The notes beneath the pieces are model-generated. The model was not told the DNA's origin, ran no database searches, and was given only the letters and a program-made list of their open reading frames with translations. The translations under genes were made by a program, and so were the position numbers. Source: an uncultured candidate division Zixibacteria bacterium (GTDB taxonomy: Bacteria > Zixibacteria > MSB-5A5 > GN15 > PGXB01). Taken from it: DNA of 64,000 bases. This document shows positions 12,301 through 20,440 of this stretch, piece after piece; positions within the stretch are counted from its first letter, which is position 1; each line of letters starts with the position of its first letter. The stretch is from the NCBI GenBank assembly GCA_963702205.1, contig OY969724.1, positions 1,632,001-1,696,000 of the forward strand. Reading direction: 5' to 3'.

Positions 12301-12400
12301 TTATTTGATTGGCAATATTTACGGCACTCCCCCGGGTCCCGCCCCATGTACATGTGAAGATTGGATGACAACCTGCGGGTCGCCCTTACGCGACAAATAA
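6386..12400 (+). CDS. 2004-aa secreted adhesin-like protein: Ig/cadherin-like domains, FG-GAP/VCBS repeats, two GSLR beta-helix regions, dockerin-like C-terminus
   Basis: RBS GGAGAG, signal peptide, ADFNGDGxxDLAV repeats, N/G/I-rich right-handed beta-helix repeats, NLLDILYLI twice. Confidence 0.85.
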   Translation: MKGILTITAILLIFCQSVFAQANQPPVLFPIGNKVVSEGYNLSFTVSATDSESIPSLTASPLPSGATFGDNGNGSGDFSWTPTLLQAGLYEMIFRAIDDSSAVDSELISITVLNIADPPQIVSVSPARNELNVDDSSTISVTFDKDMDESTINNSTFVVRSEFMGTLNGTYSYDDVSHTATFASYIDFGIGDIISVSLTTGIESSDEIPLINGYNWCFTAEVDSGHGVFSGDNSYQAGPAGSYPISICTADLNGDDILDLAVSNSGCDSITVFLGAGDGTFSLATRLFADNATAIVACDIDLDADIDLIAANSSDDSLSILTNVGGGVFQWSNLLSTYVGDNPSSITAADFNGDGWPDLAVTGASSNDISLLINDHTGSFSNEGIYNTGNSPLCVESGDFDDDGDIDLVNCNNDDGSVSFFLNRGNGIFDFDTTYIIGGSPFSIAVADFVGNGFLDLAITDYDGARVVVLINDESGAYVIDSSYDVGTQPHDIIAGDFQHTGNLSLANVNFNSNDVSVLLNAGDTTFIQPPAFSTGIRPNDLCAGDFDSDGDLDMAITSVMHNRIYTYKNDIGTPTTYVVTRLDDDENEGSLRWAINQSNNATPFQSDSIIFSPSLNGTIYLNDTLPAFVDPMGAVIIGDTLNPESIIINGTQLPNRDTYRDDRSASYGFYIKNINEFFLMGLVFSNFEDGIIILNSSNIDLILIGVHDCSENGVAISSSSSINMIGCTMWGLYNDCNNIYVYACNNIVIDNNSIGPNLENTFNGVGIVGIYVTSSENVEISNNVFGYLENAIIDDAGWKNYIHDNYIGMNTDYEHIPITGDGIRTTWSLDARVEYNTICASNTGILIENAGELYFRNVFYGNSIGNNNGVGEYGIIIMGQITENTRIEGNSISGLNKDAILVTNAHASPGYSINIFSNNIGSRLGNGSGEYGINVIGSTNVYIKGNNIVSNGFGGIEVNQSTLYIENNDIGFYAIIIPNGNHGSGIIVENCTESPVGIRGNRIAYNEGNGIEIINSSNVSVNWENEIFSNWGSGIILSGAYSCNINNNLIGNNSQYSSCGDYPNGSDGITIIGNSTFNSIGPGNTIVCNNRDGIRIIDENSINNKIRENSIYSNGGLGIDLGGDGVTANDDPDDPRVDPDTGPNDLINFPVIESISSGSTSAVKNVHGVAGANCGIDLYIVGDYGNPTGHGDAYEYFGSSTADGNGNFTIADVPLGAEVTATATNNNGNGSTSEFSENYFVMHECWVTTNIDNLTTPGTLRAAIIEANENEGPDIIKFLADFPGPIVLETELPALSDITGGTIIDGGNGECGIPKITIDGINLSSGNGLTLESDDNEILGMAIINFPENGIKIAFTSDNNKINGNYIGTGIDGTIGGNYYSGIAISGSNNKIGTICGNVISNNNLCGIWNSMNHGQIISNNKIGTNATGTSINMNSGNGIELQGCSEIQIDNNTISGNGAANLWASDVAELYINDNKIGTSSDGNSVLIPGLIHGSGGLYLKNINIGSVFDNLISGNWDYQIKVINCSILGLSGNNIGTVHPVVETINYGYGILIDNCSNLQIGGNESGQGNIIARNKWGIEASGTNLIINGNTIRNNGSGGLYLGEGSQNCQIINNTITGNKYNVRLYHSSTDHNLISKNIIYQCQDGPDIDLYPWGISPIITGWDDVLSPNNKRRYPDLHYDGTNNTLIAQFPAIDFPINGKLEIFAVSDYDPESGDTLCGDFNQVDSVQNVTRNHGGAIEYLGEVNCGNIPGDIVINLADLEAIDNDQVELEVGDKITALAIDANNNTSEYSNNVVILNSSFEVSCPILLEVEDPIGYIINSETNEIMGSSYDHVTDINGDGDPDHRIFLNGAVAGEYKIRISPSSEAGPGDTYTLKTIVGNDTTLIIEEAPVPGPGNVDEYTYGIGLPNPCDCVPGDVQADGSFNLLDILYLISYLYNTPAGPAPVPYNTCSGDPGCDCVVNLLDILYLIGNIYGTPPGPAPCTCEDWMTTCGSPLRDK

Positions 12401-12621
12401 TTTTGATGACTTGAGATAATCAGCAATTGGGATTGCAGAAGGAATGGACAATTACCGGGTTGTACCGCGGAATTGCGCCATTGTGATATTGACGTCTCCT
12501 GATTCATAAGCTATTGCTTATGCCGCAGCTAATTGTGATGACGCGATATCAATGAGACTGGAAAACCGAACGGTGGAGGATGGTACGACAACCTATACAC
12601 ACATAGAACGGGAGGACTAAA

Positions 12622-15126
12622 ATGAAGCAACGGCTAATGTGGACTGGTATCGTTGTGGTGATGCTGTTGGCAATCGGCGTGCAGGCAGCTGAAACCACGA
12701 AGGCCACTTCAAATGCCGCACAGCCGATCGGCAGAAGAATCGGCGAATTTGTCGCACCGGATGGGCGGATCGATCTTAATGCCGTGAAATCGAGTGGCTA
12801 CCAGGGATCGCTTGATCTGAAGGGAGTAGATATTCGCCTTGATCCGACAACCGGGGAACCGATAGTACGGGTCTCGGTTCCCAGGTCTTTCTCCGAGGAT
12901 CCTGATGATATATATTGGGATAATAATATGTCATCCTCCCTGGGAGTGAATGCTGTCGTTTATGCCCTCACCATATATGACAATAAGTTGATTGCGGGCG
13001 GCTGGTTTGATTTAGCGGGCGGCCTTGGCGCCATGAGTATAGCTTCTTGGGACGGTTTATCATGGTTACCATTGGGTTACGGGACGTACGGGCCAGTTCA
13101 TGCGCTCACCGTATACGATAATAAACTTATAGCTGGGGGGTTTTTCACGATCGCTGGGGGAGAAAGCGCGTATTATATCGCCGCTTGGGATGGTTCTTCT
13201 TGGTCGCCTCTGGGATTGGGTGCAAACAGCACAGTATGGGCTCTGACCGTATATGACAATAAATTGATAGCTGGTGGAAGTTTTTCAACCGCCGGGGGTT
13301 TGAACGCAAGTAGCATCGCCGCTTGGGACGGTTCTTCCTGGTCGCCTTTGGGATTAGGTACAGACAGCACTGTTTGGGCTTTGACCGTTTATAATAATAA
13401 ACTAATAGCTGGGGGAAGCTTCACGACCGCTGGTGGCATGAGTGCCAATCGTGTTGCCTCTTGGGATGGTTCTTTCTGGGCGACATTAGGGTCCGGAGCG
13501 GATGAACGAATATACGCCCTTACCGTCTATGACAATAAGCTGGTCGCCGGGGGAAGGTTCATGACCACCGGCGGCATCAGCACCAGGCGTATTGCATCAT
13601 GGAACGGTTCATCCTGGTCACCCTTGGCATCCGGAATGGATTCGACAGTTCTTTCTCTTGCTATTTATGCCGGCAGGCTTATAGCAGGTGGAAGGTTTGC
13701 GGTAGCTGGCGACATCTCCGCCAATCGTATTGCCTCATGGGATGGTTCCACCTGGTCGCCCTTGGGATCAGGAGTAGAGGAAGGAGAATATACTTCTAAT
13801 GACGTTTACGCGCTATCCGACTTTAATAGCGAATTGGTAGCAGGAGGCGATTTTTTGACGGTAGGCGGAGTCACTGCCTTCAATGTAGCGTCCTGGGATG
13901 GATCTTTTTGGCACCCCTGCGGTTGGTGCATAGACAATCGAGTTTATGCATTTACCATTTATGACAATAACCTTGTTGCCGCTGGGGATTTTATGACTGC
14001 TGGTCGAAATGGCGCCAAACGTATCGCTTCATGGGATGGTTCCACGTGGTCAAATTTGGGATCTGGATTGGATTCAACAGTATGGGCTCTAACCGTTTAT
14101 GACAATAAACTTATCGCTGGAGGGGATTTCAATAATGCTGGTGATATTAGCGCCAATCATATAGCTTCGTGGGATGGTTCCACTTGGTCTCCACTGGACT
14201 TGGGGACAGATAATGCAGTCTGGGGCCTGACTGTGTATGACAACAAGCTCGTCGCTGGAGGAAATTTCATTTATGCCGGGGGCATGAGCGCCAATTATAT
14301 TGCCGCTTGGGATGGTTCTTCATGGTCGTCGCTATCCTCCGGCGTTGATGGTTTAGTAAATGCCGTCACCGTATATGATGGAAAATTGATCGTTGGAGGA
14401 GACTTTGAAATAGCCGGAGGTATAAGCGCTAGTAACATAGCCTCTTGGGACGGTTACTCGTGGGCTCCCTTGGGTTCAGGAATTGAGGGAACTTCAACTT
14501 CTTGGGTTTTTCCCCTTACTGTGTATGAAAGCAAGCTGATTGCTGGTGGGTCTTTTTCAACGGCAGGTGGCATAAATGCAAATAACATCGCATCCTGGGA
14601 CGGTTCATCATGGTCGCCCTTGGGATTGGGGGCGATTTCTCCCCCTCTTAGCTTAATTGTTTATGATAATAGGCTGATTGCAGGCGGGCAGAATGCAGCT
14701 GGCAATTACATCTCCTCTTGGGATGGTTATTTATGGTCACCTCTAGGGTCGGGAGTTAATGCAACTGTTTGGGCCCTGGCCGTTAACAACGACAACCTAA
14801 TTGTGGGAGGAGGCTTTCATTATGCTGGCAATAAGCCTGCATATTATTTAGCTCGATGGACCAAACATGAATCGGCAAACCCCGGCAATTGCTGCGAAAA
14901 CTGGGGAATGCCCGGTGATGCCAACAGCGACTATGCTGTTAATCTGATAGATATCTTGTACTTGATCGCCTTTAAATACAATGATCCCCCCGGACCAGAT
15001 AATCCTGATGGATGCAATGCCTTGCTCGATGCTAATGGTGATGCCTATATCAACCTGATTGATATTTTATACCTTATAGATTTTCTCTATAGCTCTCCGC
15101 TCGGGCCAAGCCCGATATGTCCATAG
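12622..15126 (+). CDS. Secreted beta-propeller repeat protein with dockerin-like C-terminus
   Basis: RBS GGAGG, signal peptide, about 14 repeats of ~46 aa (ALTVYDNKLIAGG...IASWDGSSWSPLG), GDANSDYAVNLIDILYLI. Confidence 0.85.
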   Translation: MKQRLMWTGIVVVMLLAIGVQAAETTKATSNAAQPIGRRIGEFVAPDGRIDLNAVKSSGYQGSLDLKGVDIRLDPTTGEPIVRVSVPRSFSEDPDDIYWDNNMSSSLGVNAVVYALTIYDNKLIAGGWFDLAGGLGAMSIASWDGLSWLPLGYGTYGPVHALTVYDNKLIAGGFFTIAGGESAYYIAAWDGSSWSPLGLGANSTVWALTVYDNKLIAGGSFSTAGGLNASSIAAWDGSSWSPLGLGTDSTVWALTVYNNKLIAGGSFTTAGGMSANRVASWDGSFWATLGSGADERIYALTVYDNKLVAGGRFMTTGGISTRRIASWNGSSWSPLASGMDSTVLSLAIYAGRLIAGGRFAVAGDISANRIASWDGSTWSPLGSGVEEGEYTSNDVYALSDFNSELVAGGDFLTVGGVTAFNVASWDGSFWHPCGWCIDNRVYAFTIYDNNLVAAGDFMTAGRNGAKRIASWDGSTWSNLGSGLDSTVWALTVYDNKLIAGGDFNNAGDISANHIASWDGSTWSPLDLGTDNAVWGLTVYDNKLVAGGNFIYAGGMSANYIAAWDGSSWSSLSSGVDGLVNAVTVYDGKLIVGGDFEIAGGISASNIASWDGYSWAPLGSGIEGTSTSWVFPLTVYESKLIAGGSFSTAGGINANNIASWDGSSWSPLGLGAISPPLSLIVYDNRLIAGGQNAAGNYISSWDGYLWSPLGSGVNATVWALAVNNDNLIVGGGFHYAGNKPAYYLARWTKHESANPGNCCENWGMPGDANSDYAVNLIDILYLIAFKYNDPPGPDNPDGCNALLDANGDAYINLIDILYLIDFLYSSPLGPSPICP

Positions 15127-15273
15127 AAGAAAAAGAGATATTAAAAAGATTGGTTATAATGGCGGCCATTTTTATGTATAAAGCAAGTTATTAAATATAT
15201 TAGTACTTTCGGAGCCAAGAGTAGAGCAAAATTACATTGTTTTAAAAAAATCTATAATCAATGATTAACCGAC

Positions 15274-15530
15274 TGACCTGCCCCCGGTTATTGTTCCACT
15301 TTTTAAGTTAGTCCAATTGCCTTTCTTGTCAAGTTGATTAATGGCTTCGGGTGCCGGAAGAGGGTAACCCGGCGAACTATGGGGCCGTTTGGTATTGTAA
15401 TGCCACCGCCATTCTTCAATCAGCACCCTGGTTTCATGCAAAGTATAAAAAATTTCTCGGTTTAACAGCTCGTCCCGCATTTTGCCAATAAAAGATCCGG
15501 CATAGCCATTCTCCCATTGATGTGCCCCCC
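15274..15530 (-). pseudogene. IS3-family transposase C-terminal remnant with one terminal repeat
   Basis: WENGYAGSFIGKMRDELLN...YNTKRPHSSPGY; TGACCTGCCCCC end resembles the IR of the IS at 21348. Confidence 0.75.
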
Positions 15531-15629
15531 AAATATCGCTCTTATTCAAAAAGAGGTTGTGATTGATAGTAAATAATCATAAAAATAATCAATGTGGCTA
15601 AGTCATAGTACGCCTTTTTCATGTTGTTT

Positions 15630-17528
15630 TTATTCGCCCAAGGGACATGGTGGCGGACCGGGCGGCACACCATAGATATAGTCGATCAAATATAATATAT
15701 CTATAAGGTTTAGTAGACGATCACAATTGGCATCGCCAGACAAGTAAGGATCAGGACAACTCACCTCGCCGGTGCCATAAAGACAATCTATAATCAATAA
15801 TATATCCAGCAAGTTATAGATTTTGTCACCAGTGGCGTCGCCGTTTTCATAATGGTAACCCTCTTCGACAAGATAGTCCAGCGTATCCGCCTCACCTGCG
15901 ACCGGGGCATTGGCATTTTCGATAAGTATACACTGAGTTGAACCATCTATTCTGATTCCAATGCCATAGGTGGAGCCAGGAGGGGCCCCATCCTCGGTCA
16001 CGACGATTATGATATAAGTCCCTTCAAGAGGATAAAAAATAGTGACAGAATCATTAGGTGACTCATCATAGGTGGCATCACCGATACTATTGAAAAATAC
16101 TCCAGATGCATCCTTGCCCACAGAATCTCCGACTGGATCGATAATTTTAAGGTTGACCGGCGAATAAGCGACAATTATAAGGGGTGCCGTAAATAAAGTA
16201 TAATTATAGGACATTTTTGATGTCCCTTGATCACTGGTCATGGTGGCCGTAATGGAAGTAAATATGGGTGCATTTTTGGGGCAAGAAAATACCTGCTTCG
16301 CTTTAGTACTTACATCCATAGAGCCAAGGTATTCGTACGCTTCTCCGTGGCCAGAAGGATCTTCCGGACGAGAGGGGTCATTAGCTGTATGGGCGGCGAA
16401 AAACTCCACGACACCGGATTCGGAAAAATCGAAATAGACAGAATACCCAGAGTCAAGGGGGTTATAAACTGCTGAATCAATTACAGGATAATTCAGTAGA
16501 TGATTTGGACCTTCGTCAGAATCAGAAGGATCGTTGTCAGTTACGCCCCCACCACCTAAATCGATAGCCAGTCCGTCATTGTCGTAGATCAGATTCTTCG
16601 AGATTCTATTGCCCTCAGAAGCCATTCCTGTTATAGTTATGGCATTTCCGGTGGAGTTTTTTATGACTAATCCTTCAATTTCACAGTAAGATGCATTAAT
16701 GAGAAAGGCCGCCGTTTCTCCAGCCATTCCCGATCCATCAATGATCATGCTGTGGATGCCGCCCGGAGCCGTTGATCCGATAATTTTCGTAGTGTCATTA
16801 GACAATGTGGGTAATGCATCAGCCAAGAAAATTGTACCGGATACGGAAAAAACAATACTATCCGCATTTGTTGACGTATTTGCTGAATCAATGGCCCACC
16901 TAAGGCTCCCGACACCAGCATCATCCAAATTCGTAACGGCTATTTCATTGGTTTGAACCTCACCGATTGTCCAACAATATGGGCCATTGAAAGTGACTGG
17001 ATAAAACTGGGCAGAAAATAACCAGTCCCAGGTAGGGTTGGGAGGATACGGAGTTGAATCAATACATAGTGTACCATTATCTACAGCCGAAAAACTAAAC
17101 CGAAGATAACCCTGATTGGGATTCCCGGGTGGGAGCCCGAACACACCACTGAAACTTACACCGACTGTATCAGGAAGACTCCCATTCCATCCATCCTCTA
17201 ATTCCATAATGAGAAAATTAAAATAGCTTTCAAAATTGTTTATATATTCAAGGCTTTGAGTGGAAAGCAAACCGCCGACATTGCGATGTGAGATTGTCGA
17301 TATGCTTGCGTCCGGACTATATAGGTAAAATGTAAAGCTGCCACCCAAAAGATCTTCCCCTGGGGTTGTATTATCTATCCAAATTTCGATGGTAAAATCA
17401 CTTGCCTCAGGAATAATTCCAGATGATGCCTCTGGTGAAAAGGCGCTGCAGATTAGGTCTGCATGGACTTCGCCACATAAGATTAAAAGCAGCGCTATTA
17501 TGATTTTGCCCAAATGATATGATTTCAT
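15630..17528 (-). CDS. Secreted protein: possible cohesin-like N-domain, GSLR beta-helix, SPVxL..DP module, dockerin-like C-terminus
   Basis: RBS GGAGG, signal peptide, VTNLDDAGVGSLRWAI, GDANCDRLLNLIDILYLI. Confidence 0.8.
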   Translation of the reverse strand: MKSYHLGKIIIALLLILCGEVHADLICSAFSPEASSGIIPEASDFTIEIWIDNTTPGEDLLGGSFTFYLYSPDASISTISHRNVGGLLSTQSLEYINNFESYFNFLIMELEDGWNGSLPDTVGVSFSGVFGLPPGNPNQGYLRFSFSAVDNGTLCIDSTPYPPNPTWDWLFSAQFYPVTFNGPYCWTIGEVQTNEIAVTNLDDAGVGSLRWAIDSANTSTNADSIVFSVSGTIFLADALPTLSNDTTKIIGSTAPGGIHSMIIDGSGMAGETAAFLINASYCEIEGLVIKNSTGNAITITGMASEGNRISKNLIYDNDGLAIDLGGGGVTDNDPSDSDEGPNHLLNYPVIDSAVYNPLDSGYSVYFDFSESGVVEFFAAHTANDPSRPEDPSGHGEAYEYLGSMDVSTKAKQVFSCPKNAPIFTSITATMTSDQGTSKMSYNYTLFTAPLIIVAYSPVNLKIIDPVGDSVGKDASGVFFNSIGDATYDESPNDSVTIFYPLEGTYIIIVVTEDGAPPGSTYGIGIRIDGSTQCILIENANAPVAGEADTLDYLVEEGYHYENGDATGDKIYNLLDILLIIDCLYGTGEVSCPDPYLSGDANCDRLLNLIDILYLIDYIYGVPPGPPPCPLGE

Positions 17529-17868
17529 AAAATTCCTCCCAATAATAATAATTAAAGCACTTTATAACAGGAACATCTAGGCTTTTAAGTCCATTAATGC
17601 AATATTCACGTACCTTTAATCCAATCAGGCCTCAGAATAAACATCGATTGATTCTAAAGATGCAAGAACGTAAGAATTTATTAAAACCTTGTATAAAGAC
17701 CGTACGGCCTGGCAGATGTGAATCTACTTAATAATTAATATAACCGGAGGGATAAAGTTGTCAAGCGGCTTTATCACTATAAAAAGCGGGCATATTTTTT
17801 CTATAATCTTCTGATGAAATCTTCGTAGATGATAATAATTCCAAAAACCATAAGGCCGTTTTACCCCC

Positions 17869-17886
17869 CGACCTTCGGGTTATGAG
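17869..17886 (-). other. 18-nt fragment matching the anticodon arm of an initiator tRNA-Met (probable att remnant)
   Basis: Reverse complement CTCATAACCCGAAGGTCG matches the typical bacterial tRNA-fMet sequence as I recall it; flanks cannot form a cloverleaf. Confidence 0.5.
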
Positions 17887-18008
17887 TCGCTTAAGCTATC
17901 CAGACACAAGAAAGCACCAGACACTAACCCGTAGTATTAGCAACAACTTACGGGAAATCCAGTGTCTGGTGTTTTCCCTTTGATCTCTTTATCCATGTCG
18001 ATGAGATA

Positions 18009-18530
18009 GTGTCTGGCAGTATGATGTATGCGCACCTCAAGGAAATGAAGGAGCTCAACATCCGGCGGCACATTCCAATAATTGCCGTCGGAATAGTTGA
18101 TTCACGTGGTACAAGATCGGAATACAGGAGAGCGGAGATAGAATCTATGAAAGCCTCGGGGTTGATTGAGGACTTCATTTGGGAAGGATGTGACTGCTTG
18201 ATTACTGAAAACAATAAGTTCATGTTGGGCTGGCATTATGTTGACTATGCTTTCGTACAAATGCAGTTCCCGTTTTGGACGAGCATCTCCAGACCCCACC
18301 GGAGCAGCTTGCCTTTCAAAGAGCAGTGTGCTCTGATGATAGCACGTCACTTTAGCAGAAGGTGCGCGTTTCGCATATCGAGAAGGATGTTATGGAAGAG
18401 CATAATCTGACCCCGGAAATCCTCAAGTCTCGTGAATTCTATGATACATTGCGGCGCGAGGTGGTCCCCTGTATAACTCTCGTTGCAGTGTGCGATTACG
18501 GTAAGGTGTATTTCTGGGACGATTTCGGCC
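18009..18530 (+). pseudogene. Degraded hypothetical ORF(s) ending at the first REP-like element
   Basis: Two overlapping short ORFs (18009-18410, 18362-18628), no recognisable family. Confidence 0.3.
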
Positions 18531-18917
18531 GGGTGGCCCGACATTCTATATCGGGTCTTTATATTGATGAGCAATACAGTGAGGATATCGAAACCGCGGC
18601 TCATGCAGTCTTTTGGACATTAAATTAGATCATATTGTACCCAAATTTTCTAACGGATTTCTAACGGATCTACTTAATTCTACTTAACGGAAGTTGACGG
18701 AACTTAACGCAACTTGACGCTACTTAACTATTGCAATTTCATATAATTACATCTATTTTACAGCATATCAACAAGTTGCGGAGAATGGCTGTCGGCGAAT
18801 CCCAGCCTCTCCGTTTTATTGTAGTGATCGGGCTGATGGTTGATGTTGACGTTGAAGATGCGTCGATGAATATGGCATTGTTTTAAGTAACCCATCCTGA
18901 AGGATGGGCCACCCGGC
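18531..18917 (+). repeat. 387-bp att/REP unit, copy 1
   Basis: Direct repeat of 19360-19746 (offset 829); GGGTGGCCC...GGGCCACCC ends, 10-bp phased repeats, IHF-consensus site, tRNA-Ser 3' core. Confidence 0.95.
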
Positions 18918-18936
18918 GGTGTTTGTATATTTATTA

Positions 18937-19323
18937 ATGATGTTTATGAGAAAGAATTCATATTTCAAAATATTGGCATTCGGATTTGTAGGTGCTTTAA
19001 TTAGCGGCGTAACGTATATTATTTCACTTCAAGTATTTTTTGGTCTTGATCTATTGCTGTCACCAGCTGCAATAATAGTATTATTTACAACGTCACTAAT
19101 GGGTAGCTTGTTGTTTTCTGCCCCAGCTTATTGGAGTTTAAGACATAAAAATTTAAAAAAAGTATTGCCTTTAATGTATTTATCTGCAGTGATCATTCCT
19201 TCTGGTCTAAGCTTTATTGGCAGTGCTCGTGTCGCGTTACCATTAATATTTGTATATTGGGTAATAGCGCTAGTCGTTGCAAGACTATATGGTACCAATT
19301 TGAAAAATAACAAAACGGAATGA
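18937..19323 (+). CDS. Small AT-rich membrane protein (~4 TM), cargo between the repeat copies
   Basis: Hydrophobic helices; the listed start at 18904 lies inside the repeat. Confidence 0.7.
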   Translation: MMFMRKNSYFKILAFGFVGALISGVTYIISLQVFFGLDLLLSPAAIIVLFTTSLMGSLLFSAPAYWSLRHKNLKKVLPLMYLSAVIIPSGLSFIGSARVALPLIFVYWVIALVVARLYGTNLKNNKTE

Positions 19324-19359
19324 TTTCTTTTTGCAAAATCAGTAAATAGCCTTATGACT

Positions 19360-19746
19360 GGGTGCCCCGACATTCTATGTCGGGTTTTTGAATCGATGAG
19401 TAACGCAGGGAGGATATCGAAACCGAGGCCTATGCAGTCTTTTGGACATTAAATTGGATCATATTGTACCCAAATTTTCTAACGGATTTCTAACGAAACT
19501 ACTTGATTCTACTTAACGGAACTCGACGGAACTTAACGCAACTTGACGCTACTTAACTATTGATATTCCAATTAATTCCGCCTATTTTATAGTATATCAA
19601 TGAGTTGCGGAAAATGGTTGTCGGCGAATCCCAGCCTCTCCGCTTTATTGTAGTGATCGGGCTGATGGTTGATGTTGACGTTGAAGATGCGTCGATGAAT
19701 ATGGCATTGTTTTAAGTAACCCATCCTGAAGGATGGGCCACCCGGC
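19360..19746 (+). repeat. 387-bp att/REP unit, copy 2
   Basis: Contains CGAATCCCAGCCTCTCCGCTTTAT (19625-19648), identical to 3637-3660. Confidence 0.95.
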
Positions 19747-19795
19747 CAATCCTAATGATAATAATCAGGAATAATATTCAAAATAGAGGCAAATT

Positions 19796-20323
19796 ATGAA
19801 TGATAAACTTTATGATCAATTTCGTTATTTTGAGGCAAAAGAGGATTTGGACGGGCAAAAGAGTGTATTAAAAAGATTATTAAATAGAGAACCTGATCAT
19901 CATTTATGGCTTACAATACTATCATCAGTATATTATGAACTAAGGGATTATAAAACAGCGTTGAAATATAGTATACAAGCTTTGAAAATTGAACCGCATT
20001 GCCCTTTGGTTTTATGGGATTATGCTGGCGCTTTAGACATGTTGGGCAGAGAAAAAGAGGCCATAAAAATTTGGAAAAGGCTATTGGCCCGCGGGGAGGA
20101 AAACATTGCATACGGTGTTTGTGGGGAAGGTTTACGATGGTCAAGATCATTGTTGAACGATTGTAGATATAGGATTGCAGTAGCTTACCTTAGGTTAGGC
20201 AAAGAAAAGCTGGCCTCAAGATATTTTTCTGCACATTTAGAAAATAGAAAGCGAGGATTATACAGCCTTTACTCCAAAAAGGAGCTGCTAAAGCGTATGG
20301 CCATGATTCATTCTAATGCGTAA
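19796..20323 (+). CDS. Tetratricopeptide repeat protein
   Basis: TPR-like helical pairs (LSSVYYELRDYKTALKY...ALKIEP); RBS GAGG. Confidence 0.8.
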   Translation: MNDKLYDQFRYFEAKEDLDGQKSVLKRLLNREPDHHLWLTILSSVYYELRDYKTALKYSIQALKIEPHCPLVLWDYAGALDMLGREKEAIKIWKRLLARGEENIAYGVCGEGLRWSRSLLNDCRYRIAVAYLRLGKEKLASRYFSAHLENRKRGLYSLYSKKELLKRMAMIHSNA

Positions 20324-20440
20324 CAGACCCTTTTGGGCGTGAGAGATGGATTAAGGCGCTGATATATATGTTGAACATGGTAATGGGGGAATTCATCTAT
20401 ATCCCGATTCTTCCATTATGATTTTGACGGAAGAGAGCGC

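Larger units (their letters stand above)
3637..18813. mobile_element. tRNA-Ser-anchored genomic island (attL-attR), no integrase visible
   Basis: 18-bp tRNA 3' end CGAATCCCAGCCTCTCCG repeated at 18796-18813; AT-richer cargo; TTCTAAC-type motifs inside both ends. Confidence 0.7.

Noticed and set aside
12900..14860. Diversity-generating retroelement or DNA tandem repeat
   Set aside because: Repeats are protein-level propeller blades with synonymous divergence; no reverse transcriptase or adenine-specific TR/VR pair seen
18009..18628. RAYT transposase next to the REP-like ends
   Set aside because: No HUH motif or Y1 signature seen in the listed ORFs for this stretch
18641..18730. Short periodic repeats as a CRISPR array
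   Set aside because: 10-bp units with no spacers and no cas genes; better explained as protein-binding arm repeats
18796..19648. Additional tRNA-Ser genes
   Set aside because: Only the 3' 18-24 nt are present; no D-arm or anticodon arm
18531..20323. Classical integron with attC sites
   Set aside because: No intI and no RYYYAAC...GTTRRRY-bounded attC palindromes recognised
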